From Gekko japonicus (Eukaryota), in contig NW_015176014.1 of NCBI RefSeq assembly GCF_001447785.1, positions 1-64,000 of the forward strand: DNA of 64,000 nt. The letters are read 5' to 3'. Position 1 is the stretch's first letter. Each line of letters starts with the position of its first letter. Below the pieces are notes generated by a model. The model saw only the letters and a list, made by a program, of their open reading frames with translations, had not been told where the DNA came from and searched no databases. Made by a program: the position numbers and the translations under genes. Positions 49,401 through 57,537 of this stretch are shown here, piece by piece.

Positions 49401-52400
49401 AAGAGAAGAAACCTTCAGGTAAGTTCCAATGTTTCGTTCCCTTTCATTCAAGGAACAAATGCTAAAAAATGCATGCGCCAAACCTGAAGCACAACGATTT
49501 AAATGGAAGGTGCTTGTTATTGGAGAAGGGTTCATGAAATGTTACAAAAAATATGTTTGATATTGTTACCATTTAAACCTGAAATGTTTTTGCTTAATAT
49601 TATGCCTGAAATAAAAGATAAGAAACTTAATTATACATATAGTTATGGCAGCAAGAATTCTTTACGCTAAGTACTGAAAGAAATCAGAGATACCAATGGA
49701 AAATGAACTTTTGACAAAAAAAAAAAAGAAACAACAGAAATGGATATATTGTCGGACTTGTTAAAAGACCAAAGCAAACAAAATGTGAGAGACAATTGGA
49801 TACCATTCTATGACTGGGTGAAAAGAAACTTCAAAGAGCAGGAGTAATGGATACAACTATTATAGTTTTAGAGAAACTCTAACTTGAACTGTAAAGAATC
49901 TGACTTTTTTCAGGAATCACAATAGAAGATTTTAGCGAATTGATTAAGTGTTACTTTGTTGTTGTTCAGTCGCACAGTCGAGTCCGACTCTTCGCGACCC
50001 CATGGACGAGCTCTCTCCAGGCCTTCCGGTCTTCTGCCGTCCTCTGAAGTTGGCTCAACTTCATGTTCGTTGCATCGATGACACTGTCTAACCATCTCAT
50101 CCTTTGCCGTCCCCGTCTTCTTTGACCTTCAATCTTTCCAAGCATCAGGGTCTTCTCCAGTGAGTGCTCCCTTCTCATTTGGTGGCCAAAGTATTTGAGC
50201 TTCAGTTTCATTATCTGGCCTTCCAGGGAACAGTCAGGGTTGATTTCTTTGAGGATTGACTGATTTGTTCTTCTTGCAGTCCAAGGGACTCTCAAGAGTC
50301 TCCTCCAGCACCATAGTTCAAAAGAATCTATTCTTCGGCGCTCGGCCTTCCTTATAGTCCAGCTCTCGCAGCCATACATGACTACTGGGAATACCATTGC
50401 TTTGACCATGCGGACTTTTGTTGGCAGGGTGATGTCTCTACTTTTTATCATGCTGTTTAGGTTCGCCATCGCTTTCCTCCCAAGGAGCAGGCGTCTTTTA
50501 ATTTCATGGCTGCAGTCACAGTCTGCGGTGATTTGATGACTAGGGAGCCATGTACCTGATGTTATCTGCAGGTCGTCTTGAAGAAACAGGCTCTGAAGAA
50601 CTGCTCTTCCAAAAGCAGCATCAGTTTTAGCACAGTGCATCACCACCAGGAACTTCTCAAAGGCTGAAGTCAGTGAACCAATAGCAGACCTGCAGAGATA
50701 TGTCACCAAGTATCTGGAGAAAGTGGCAGAATCAGGAGCCATAATGACCCTTTCACAGTACTAGCTTGCTTGATACGTTCGCATCAAACTTTAAAGCCAG
50801 GAAGTAGATATTTTTCTGGTACTCTCTTGCTTTCTCCATAATCCAGCGAATGTTGGCAATATGATCTCTCGTTCCTCTACCTCTTCGAAACCCAGCTTGT
50901 ACTTCTGGTAGTTCTCTATCCACGTACTGTTGAAGCCTAGCTTGTAGGATCTTGAGCATGACCTTGCTAGCGTGTGATATGAGTGCAATTGTGCGATAGT
51001 TTGAACATTCCTTGGCATTGCCCTTCTTTGGGATTGGAATGTATACTGATCTTTTCCAATCCTGTGGCCACTGTTGCGTTTTCCAAATTTGCTGGCAAAT
51101 GGAGTGCAGAACTTTAACAGCATCCTCTTCTAAGACTTTGAATAGCTCAGCTGGGATACCATCACCTCCACTAGCTTTGTTGTTAGTAATGCTTTCTAAG
51201 GCCCATTTAACTTCACATTCCAGGATGTCTGGCTCGAGGTCAGTGATTATACCGTCGTGGTTGTCAAGGACATCGAGGTCTTTCTTGTATAGTTCTTCTG
51301 TGTATTCTTGCCATCTTTTCCTAATCTCTTCTGCTTCTGTTAGGTCCCTACCGTTTTTGTCCTTTATCATGGCCAGCTTTGCATGGAACGCTCCCTTGAT
51401 TTCTCCAACTTTCTTGAAGAGATCTCTAGTCCTTCCCATTCTATTGTTTTCTTCTATTACTTTGCACTGTTCATTCAGGAAGGCCTCCTTATCTCTCCTT
51501 GCTGTGTTACTAGTGCTTACTAGTGTTAGTAATTATATAAACGAAAGAGATCTGGACACAAAGAATTAAAATGAAAAATGTGCAACAGCGTTTATATAAA
51601 CTTGATGGAATTTCCCATGATGTCTTATCCCATCCCCTGTATCCTTCCTGTGTTAAAACCAAATAAAAAGTTATAATAAAAAAATAAAAACATAAATGGA
51701 AGGTGCTTGCTGGATGCTACTGCGCAGCTGCAATAGGGCAATTGTGTAATTTTTTTCAAAAACTTTGGATGCCACCCCCCACACGTCACAAGTGAAGTTC
51801 CACCCCAATTTAGAAAAGTGCATTTTTAAAATTGTAGCTGTAAAATAAATACACCAGAGAAAAAAGAATGGGGCATACGGCAGGCACAGAATCCAAAGTC
51901 AAGCTTAAAGGCTTCTCTGCTGTAAGCTGTGCATGCATGATAGGCCTCTGTCCCTTCCCAATGACAAGAGAGAATTTTCTTTTTTCCTTCTCGTGCTCCA
52001 ACTGATCTGCCACCGGAGACGCATTCTCATCAGCCCTATCCCATGTTAAAGTTGACACAGATATCAGTAAATAGGCCAGTGACTTTCTGTCAGCAGATAG
52101 ACTTACAAAGCTGAGTGTTCCTCTTACCCTCAATCTCATCCAGAGAAGCCTTCCAGAGCTGGCAGATCCTGGCAAAGTTCCAGATGCCTTCTTGAAGTTG
52201 CCTATAGGCCCTGCATCGTTTTTGGTGCCAGGTGACCCAACTGGCCACCTCTCTCCTTGTGGATGTGTTCAGCTGCCTGCTTGAAGGAGATGTGTTTGAG
52301 TTTCCTTTCTGTCTTGTGAATCTGTGAGGCTTTGGGAGATGTGGTTAGAAGGGAGCCACATACCCATGTTCCTGATTAGGCTGTCCCCACCCCACCCCCA

Positions 52401-53271
52401 AGTAGGGATCCAGTCTCTCTCTGCTCCACCAACCACCATCATCCCAACCAGTTAATGGACTGTTCCTGTATGGGATAGCTTCCTGGCTCCCAGTTACAAG
52501 ATGAGGGAAACATAATTAAAAATAGATTCAGAATCTCAAACAATAAATATGGACTTTAACCACCACCACCCTTTCTCGGTGGATCATAACCATCTTCCTG
52601 CAGCAATACCCCCACCCAATGGGGCTGTTCTACCCACTACCGTACTTTTCCTAAGAAAGAGAGGCACTTTTCCAGCTTGTGACTGGGTCACTGAACTGTG
52701 GTTTTAACCAGGCCTATTTTTGGGCAGGAACGCACTGGAATGGAGTTCCACCCACTACAGCCAAAACCTCTGTGTATGTGGCTACAGAGGGAAGGCCTGG
52801 AAAGTGCCCCCCCCCCCCCGGGGGCCCCGGGGGGGGGGGGGCCGGGGGATTCCCCAGCCTGTCCAAGAGCCGGCTTGGCTGGGCTCCCCGCAACTGCGGG
52901 GTGCCCAGGTAAGCCAAGGGAAGGCACAGGGTGTGTGGCCTAATATGCTAATGAGCTGCATTGTCAGGGGTGTAGCCTATTATGCTAATGAGTTCCTGCT
53001 GGGCTTTTTCTACAAAACAAGCTCTGGTTTTAACCCTATACCATGGCCTAGGTCAGCTGTCCATTGCAGTTAGACAGCACAGGGCTAATGATGATTTGCC
53101 ACATAATGTCACTCCCGACCTGAGGAAACGCTTCTGTTGCATAGAACAAGGCATGGCTCTGAGCTGGTGGTCACCCAAGTCCTCCAGGGAAGTTTCTGTC
53201 TTCAAGTCTGGGCTGGCAGTTAGAGCATCATGCTGCGGAAGTCTATGTTGTATGTTCTGGGAGTCCTCCAT
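25334..53271 (-). CDS. TMC8: Transmembrane channel-like 8 (EVER2), spliced CDS (15 coding exons, 2010 nt, 669 aa)
   Basis: The 15 exons listed below join in frame with GT-AG introns. TMC signature CWET..GQEMYK and [13 protein letters not shown]; upstream neighbour of SYNGR2 on the same strand, as in mammals. Confidence 0.93.
25542..25620 (-). CDS. TMC8: TMC8 coding exon 14
   Basis: LILTVYISQAQANRKEIERLKKQRVQ; 79 nt. Confidence 0.92.
25627..25900 (-). mobile_element. Squam3-like tRNA-derived SINE with (CTT)n tail
   Basis: Head TGGTGCAGTGGTTAGG, B-box-like GGCTTGATTCCC, L2-like 3' end; candidate TSD GGAAGAA (25625-25631, 25902-25908). Confidence 0.85.
26969..27124 (-). CDS. TMC8: TMC8 coding exon 13
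   Basis: IRPSQPCGLFANYSTPWQAVP... Confidence 0.93.
27287..27417 (-). CDS. TMC8: TMC8 coding exon 12
   Basis: YTLFQNCQPSTQLFRASHSKFLFQIMLLLGL. Confidence 0.94.
28207..28390 (-). CDS. TMC8: TMC8 coding exon 11
   Basis: LLAKHSS...[30 protein letters not shown]...FYIKK. Confidence 0.95.
28393..28431. repeat. G31-A-G7 homopolymer
   Basis: Read directly; abuts the acceptor of TMC8 coding exon 11. Confidence 0.9.
28761..28858 (-). CDS. TMC8: TMC8 coding exon 10 (start of TMC domain)
   Basis: CWETHIGQEMYKMTVFSFLTTLAFAFLISLPRR. Confidence 0.95.
29499..29622 (-). CDS. TMC8: TMC8 coding exon 9
   Basis: CMTLKLSTLGIFLFFLGHRVLC...CGYNKLYQ. Confidence 0.93.
30292..30551 (-). mobile_element. CpG-rich 260-bp insert resembling a DIRS left terminus, between 21-bp direct repeats
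   Basis: CATAAGGTTGTGAAGACTACA at 30271-30291 and 30552-30572; minus strand begins ATCTTCGACGTGGTCTCTGTGC; internal GGGCATGCGCAG...CTGCGCATGCCC hairpin. Confidence 0.6.
31642..31711. other. Assembly gap (70 N)
   Basis: N run. Confidence 1.
32082..32320 (+). mobile_element. Squam3-like SINE (older copy)
   Basis: TAGTGGTTAA head, GGGGTATAAAATCC...CTTCTTCTT tail. Confidence 0.75.
33069..33217 (-). CDS. TMC8: TMC8 coding exon 8
   Basis: QYLPPLVISIANVLLPFLFHALAQLEGCSPNTEVNLTLVR. Confidence 0.93.
33905..34045 (-). mobile_element. Ty3/Gypsy chromodomain remnant next to an LTR fragment
   Basis: EEILDSK...LIKWRDFDPSHNEW...VNARQLV; adjacent 33820-33911 is repeated at 35851-35944. Confidence 0.65.
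35440..35630 (+). mobile_element. L2 LINE endonuclease fragment
   Basis: LPSLVEAVSGWALEHPRLIVLGDFSVHADD (APE-type GDFN motif). Confidence 0.7.
35632..36173 (-). mobile_element. LTR (35839-36173, TG...CA) plus start of internal region of a Gypsy-like element
   Basis: TG/CA ends, AATAAA on the minus strand, segment shared with 33820-33911. Confidence 0.45.
36250..36540 (+). mobile_element. Squam3-like SINE (young subfamily)
   Basis: GCCAGCTTGGTGTAGTGGTTAAG head, (CTT)n tail; near-identical to the copies at 43211 and 55434. Confidence 0.88.
36720..36878 (-). CDS. TMC8: TMC8 coding exon 7
   Basis: IDLAEQTRR...LRLLINGVILLLMAAAFYCIHLATEVSQ. Confidence 0.93.
37484..37645 (+). mobile_element. 5S rRNA-derived SINE with RTE-like 3' end
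   Basis: GAAGCTAAGC...TAGTATTTGGATGG...GGAATACC (degenerate 5S boxes A/IE/C), followed by GGCAATGGCAAACC...CTTGCCTTGAAAACCC. Confidence 0.7.
37674..37709. other. Assembly gap (36 N)
   Basis: N run. Confidence 1.
37775..37922 (-). CDS. TMC8: TMC8 coding exon 6
   Basis: MTASLVQW...IFTEWDFCIQ...NGFK. Confidence 0.93.
39109..39248 (-). CDS. TMC8: TMC8 coding exon 5
   Basis: GYLEHSYLFYGAY...LAYLLSILGYLFASFLWILLR. Confidence 0.94.
39543..39622 (-). CDS. TMC8: TMC8 coding exon 4
   Basis: LECMNYSSDISHRSSWQHLQDIFTGD; 80 nt, restores phase 0. Confidence 0.88.
39732..39884 (-). CDS. TMC8: TMC8 coding exon 3
   Basis: VFGPGIQSYFSFLKLLLFINFL... Confidence 0.93.
40799..40924. repeat. Palindromic MITE core
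   Basis: CATGCTGTCGCCAGGAAGTGACG...CGTCACTTCCTGGTGACAGCATG centred on GGTACC; same family as 676-998. Confidence 0.75.
41849..42129 (-). mobile_element. L1-like 3' fragment
   Basis: A-rich tail on the minus strand; 11-bp TSD CAGTGGGACTT (41838-41848, 42130-42140). Confidence 0.55.
43211..43493 (-). mobile_element. Squam3-like SINE (young subfamily)
   Basis: Reverse complement of the 36250 copy. Confidence 0.88.
44005..44815 (+). repeat. ~240-bp imperfect tandem repeats inside the DIRS 5' region
   Basis: Units containing TATGGAAGA...GGCCCC...GGCCTCTCCC.CCTGAGG...GAGACTGGC at ~44007, ~44352 and ~44592, plus a partial copy at ~44180. Confidence 0.8.
48508..48652 (-). mobile_element. CR1-type 3' end inserted in the DIRS YR region
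   Basis: Reverse complement of 3825-3960, with (ATAAGAAC)n tail. Confidence 0.8.
49517..51692 (+). mobile_element. 5'-truncated L1-like LINE, interrupted by BovB
   Basis: AARILYAKY motif at ~49648, A-rich tail 51661-51690, 17-bp TSD TAAATGGAAGGTGCTTG (49500-49516, 51693-51709). Confidence 0.75.
49956..51503 (-). mobile_element. RTE-BovB LINE, 5'-truncated, RT core replaced
   Basis: ORF 50753-51439 (PIPKKGNAKECSNYRTIALISHASK, QAGFRRGRGTRD) and ORF 49966-50742 (YGCESWTIRKAERRRIDSFELWCWRR); (CAA)n tail; candidate TSD GTGTTACT (49948-49955, 51504-51511). Confidence 0.93.
52128..52321 (-). CDS. TMC8: TMC8 coding exon 2
   Basis: FTRQKG...WVTWHQKRCRAYRQLQEGIWNFARICQLWKASLDEIE; cag| acceptor, G|GTAAG donor. 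Confidence 0.88.
52709..53026. mobile_element. hAT-like MITE
   Basis: 8-bp TSD GTTTTAAC (52701-52708, 53027-53034); related to 57005-57468. Confidence 0.75.
53120..53271 (-). CDS. TMC8: TMC8 first recognisable coding exon (acceptor at 53283)
   Basis: MEDSQNIQ...LRAMPCSMQQKRFLR resembles the TMC 'R.LP..M..KR' motif; donor AG|GTCGGG. Confidence 0.8.
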
Positions 53272-55001
53272 CACTTCAAGTCCCTAAAAAAAAATATCAG
53301 GCAATGGGGGCATGGAGAAGAGACCCTAGAATTAGACGCTTCCAACATCCTTTACCACACTGCTTGTGTTCCACGGCTGACTTTCAAAGACTACAGCCAC
53401 ACACTATAGCCTAATCCTAAATTGTCCTTCATACATTGTTTGGAATTAGGAAAACAGCAAAGTAAAGTAAGGTTGAGGACAGATCTTACAGGGAGAAAAA
53501 CACACATTGGCTATTGCACTTTGAAGTTGAACACTGAGGCAAAGCAATTAAAAATAGGCAAACTGGACAGGCTTCTGTAAAACGTATCAAAGCCAAGTGA
53601 AAAGCAAAAGTGGAACAAACTATAGTCTGACAGAATGTACAACAAACGGAACCACTTTATATCCCACTGGGCACACTCCTGTTTGCATAGGGAACTTCAG
53701 TGCATGGTTTCAGCTCTCCATAAAGCCACTTTGGGGTTAACCATGTCACTGCTACTTCACATTCCTTCCCATTATTCCCTAGGTGGTTGTTCCCAGGCCC
53801 AGGATTCCCATGTGTAGGTCATTCTGGGATACAAGCTATAAACGAATGGTTTCATCCCAATCTGTCTGGAAAATACTACTCACAGGATGTTGTTGCTGTT
53901 TTCTTGAGTTCTTCTGAAAAAGGAAATGTCACCTTTGTTCACTGTACCACCAAACCCTGTCCAGTCAACCCTAAATTCTGGTCTGGCAAAGAGGCTCCCT
54001 CAAGAGATAGGCTGGAAGTACAAGCAGTTTACTCCAGTTATGACTCTTTTTTTCCTTGTCAGAGGGGATGATATAGAAACATGGCCATGTGACAGGAACA
54101 GGCAACTTCCTGTAATGCAATAGGACAGGGTATCTGGGGTGGTGTCATGCAATTAAAGCATTTTTACATATTACTATTATATATTAGGGCAGGGTGGGGG
54201 GGACAACAACATCTAAGTGCAACTGTACATGGTGGGATGAACCACACTCCAATGTCTTTATTGTATGTGAAATGCAGAAATGCTGCACATAGAATGTTTA
54301 TTATTCAACAGAGGCAGCATCTTTGTGTAGACTTCTGAAAACTCCTGGGTTTTGATGCTTTTGAACACCCTGCTGCATTCTGGAAAAGTGCGCTGGTTGG
54401 TTTTTGCTGGATGTTCTTATAATCTACCCAGTAAGTGTTACATTGAAAGTGTTTACTTTTCATTATTGAAATTAAACTGTATGTTCCTTTCATTTTCAAA
54501 GTTTCCATGGGAATTACCATTTCATTTGGATTTTGAAAGCATTGTGGAAGTCAGCATTTCATACAATTGGGGAATAGTGACTGAATGCTGTCACTACTGA
54601 CCGTATCTACCCTACAGTCTTAAGCTTGTTTTATAGACTTTTCCCAGATAATTTTGGGAAGTGTCATTCTGTGAGGGAGAACAGGGAACTCTGAAAGACA
54701 ATATTCTGGACCCTGATGTTACCCTCAAATGGTCTGCGTTGCTCAGGAGTCATTTCCTGCAGGAGCGTACAGGAGCGGAGCTCTGGCAGTAAAGAGCCCA
54801 GAGGGGGTCTGCCTGGTTACACTGATAAAACCACGAATTCCAGGATCGTTTAAAGAAAGCCATGATAGCTAAACTGGCATAAAACCTGTGTAGGTTTGAA
54901 GGGCAGAGAAGAAGTTTTTAGGCTAAGTAGGGATAATTGAAGAGAATTTCCAATAAAAGCAACAAACAAATTAAAAAGGTGCAAAAAACTTCTATCTGTA
55001 T

Positions 55002-56010
55002 TAGAATCATAGAGTTGGAAGGGATCTCCAGTGTGATCTAGTCAAACCCCCTGCACAATGCAGGAAATTCACAAATACCTCCCCACACACCCTCAGTGAC
55101 TGCTAATCCACGCCCAGAAGATGACAAAAAACCTCCACGATCTCCAGCCAAACTGGGCTGGAGAAAAATTGCTTCCTGACCCCAACATGGCGATCAGCAT
55201 TTCCCTGGGTGTGTAAGAAAGGGCTACAAGAACTAAGCACTGAGGCAACCCATCCTATCCTCCCTCTCATGTTCTGCCTAAGTTCACAGAATCAACAGTG
55301 CTGTCAGATGGCCATCTAGCCTCTGTTTGAAAACTTCCAAAGAAGGAGAGCCCACCACCTCCTGAGGAAGCCTGTTCCACTGAGGAACCTGTTCTGTCAG
55401 GAAGTTCTTCCTAACTTCCAGTTTGGTGTAGTGCCAGTTTGGTGTAGTGGTTAAGTGCATGGACTCTAATCTGGGAGAACCGGGTTTGATTCCCCACTCC
55501 TCCACTTGTACCTGCTGGATGACCTTGGGCAAGCCATAGTTCTGGCACAGCTGTTCTTGAAAAAAAGGGCAGTTTCTGTCAGAGCTCTCTCAGCCCCACC
55601 TACCTCACAGGGTGTCTATTGTGGGGAGGGGGAGGGAAAGGAGTTTGTAAGCCACTCTGAGACTCCTTTGGGTAGTGAAGGGCGGGGTATAAATCCAATC
55701 TCCTCCTCCTCCTGCTTAGCTGAAAACGAAAACTCTTCTGATTTAATTTCAACCCATTGGTTCTGGTCCAGCCTCCTGGGGCAACAGAAAATAACTCCGT
55801 ACCATCCTCTATATGACAGCCCTTCAAATACTTGAAGATTGTTATATCACCTCTCAGTCATCTCCTCTCCAGGCTAAATATACCCAGCTCCTTCAACCTT
55901 TCCTCATAGGACTTGGTTTCCAGACCCCTCACCATCCTTGTTGCCTTCCTCTGGACACGTTCCAGCTTGTCTATATCCTTCTTAAATTGTGGTGCCCAAA
56001 ACTGAACACA
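55002..56010 (-). mobile_element. CR1 LINE 3' portion, interrupted by a SINE
   Basis: QWNRLPQEVVGSPSLEVFKQRLD and KGCHIEDGTELFS motifs; (TGATTCTA)-type tail. Confidence 0.85.
55434..55712 (+). mobile_element. Squam3-like SINE (young subfamily) inside CR1
   Basis: Same diagnostic sequence as the 36250 and 43211 copies; 16-nt head duplicated. Confidence 0.88.
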
Positions 56011-56863
56011 ACACAATAATATTGGCTGACCTGAGACTTGAGATCCACACAGGGCCTTCCTTCAGAACCCAGTTCTAACTAAAGCTTGGCTGCTTCCTGT
56101 GTGGGAGTGTTATGCCCACAGCATGCCTGTACCCACTAAAAAGAACTTCAGTTTATAAGTGCCCTTTGCATACATCTTAGCACAAGAGATGAAGAAACAA
56201 GTCAAAGACTGGAGTAGGAGACCAGCCAGTTTTAAGGGAAGCTTGGAGGCCTCCAGCAGGTAACTATCTCTACTGTAGCAAGAGCAACCGGAAAGTACTT
56301 CAACAACCATTTTCTGTATCTTGTCCTCAGTTTTTGACACTGTTACTCTTAACTGCATTGGCAGTCTCTGTGAATGGCTTATTCCATACTCACCAGCTTT
56401 GAGGGAAAAGTTTCTACCTGGTTCCTTCCCTTGTAGCACTGCCTTGGCTCCAGGGTTATCAGCTGTTGTACTTCTCCCTGGTTCTGTGCCTTTAACAGCA
56501 GCTTGATCTACAGAAATTAGCAAGTGATTATGCTTTTCATCATGTCAACCAAATCTTTGCTTGATCTGTTTTGCAGATCAAGTAGTTATTAAAGGCACAA
56601 GAACAGACTGGAGTATTTTTTAAATCAGGTGGCAAACTAGCCAACTTGGCTCACTCCTTGGAGTCATCTTAAACTTTCTGTTCTACTCCTCAACTATATT
56701 TCGCCATGCTTTGTGCTTGCATTATACACTGTGATCTGCATTGTGTGGATTAACTGAGGAAGGGCAGGAAATTGGTTCTAATGGCCTTCCAGCCTCATCA
56801 ACTTCTATCCACTGTTATTTTGTTAAGAAACAATAGCTACTGGGGAGTACTGAGGGTTAGCAC

Positions 56864-57537
56864 CAGTGTTCCCTCTAAGCTGAGTTAGTGTGAGCTAACA
56901 GTTTTTTAGCCTCCGGCTCACACATTTTTGTCTTAGCGCAGGAAGGATGGCTCCAGAGCAAACTAATTTATGCAGTAGCCAAATCGCTCGCTCACAACTT
57001 TAATCAGGGGTCGTTTCGTAGAAAAAGAGCTAGGGGAACTCATTAGCATAACTCATTAGCATATGCCACACCCCCTGACATCATCGGAAGTGTGTCATAA
57101 GGCCACACCCCCTGACATTACCGGAAGTGTGTCATAAGGCCACACACCCCGCCCCCAACGGTCCCGGCCGCCACCGGCCTTGCAGCTCCACTGCCGAGCC
57201 CCATGAGGGGCCCGGCGGTGGACCTGCAAGGCTAGCGGGAGTGCAAGGAAGCCCCACAAAGGCCCTCCCTGGCCTCAGGCAGGCAGGGGTGGGGAGAGAC
57301 AGGGAGGAAGCAACTTACCCTCCCTCTTCTCCTGCCTCCTCCTGGCTGAATGAGGGCCGGAAGCGGGGTGGCCGGAAGCAGGGGGCGGGGCTTCGTCATG
57401 TGCCCCGCCCCCCATACCTCACCCGGGGGAACTGCGATCCCCCGCGTTCCCCCCCGAAATGACCTCTGACTTTAATGCCAGTAGCTCACAAAGTAGAATT
57501 TTTGCACAGAAAACTCCACAGTTTAGTGGAAACATTG
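56864..57537. mobile_element. hAT-type MITE
   Basis: TIR CAGTGTTCCC / GGAAACATTG; TSD GTTAGCA(C/T). Confidence 0.8.
57005..57468. mobile_element. Nested hAT-type MITE
   Basis: TIR CAGGGGTCGTTTCG / CGAAATGACCTCTG; perfect TSD ACTTTAAT (56997-57004, 57469-57476). Confidence 0.85.

Larger units (their letters stand above)
43836..49439 (+). mobile_element. DIRS1-type tyrosine-recombinase retrotransposon, full architecture, coding regions degenerate
   Basis: Left ITR 43836-43953, right ITR 49290-~49405 with extension to 49439, ICR ~49120-49212 complementary to both ends. RT remnants YSIPFVVPK..WRAILNLK and FQYKALPFGL; RNase H remnants LELVAVRLAL and QGGTRS; YR remnants TAHYTRS and W...CVRHYR. 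Confidence 0.9.

Noticed and set aside
49966-51439. Functional reverse transcriptase gene
   Set aside because: 5'-truncated, no endonuclease, and the RT catalytic core is replaced by foreign sequence
52807-52848. C-run/G-run palindrome as a regulatory element
   Set aside because: Lies inside a TSD-flanked MITE, and homopolymer lengths are unreliable
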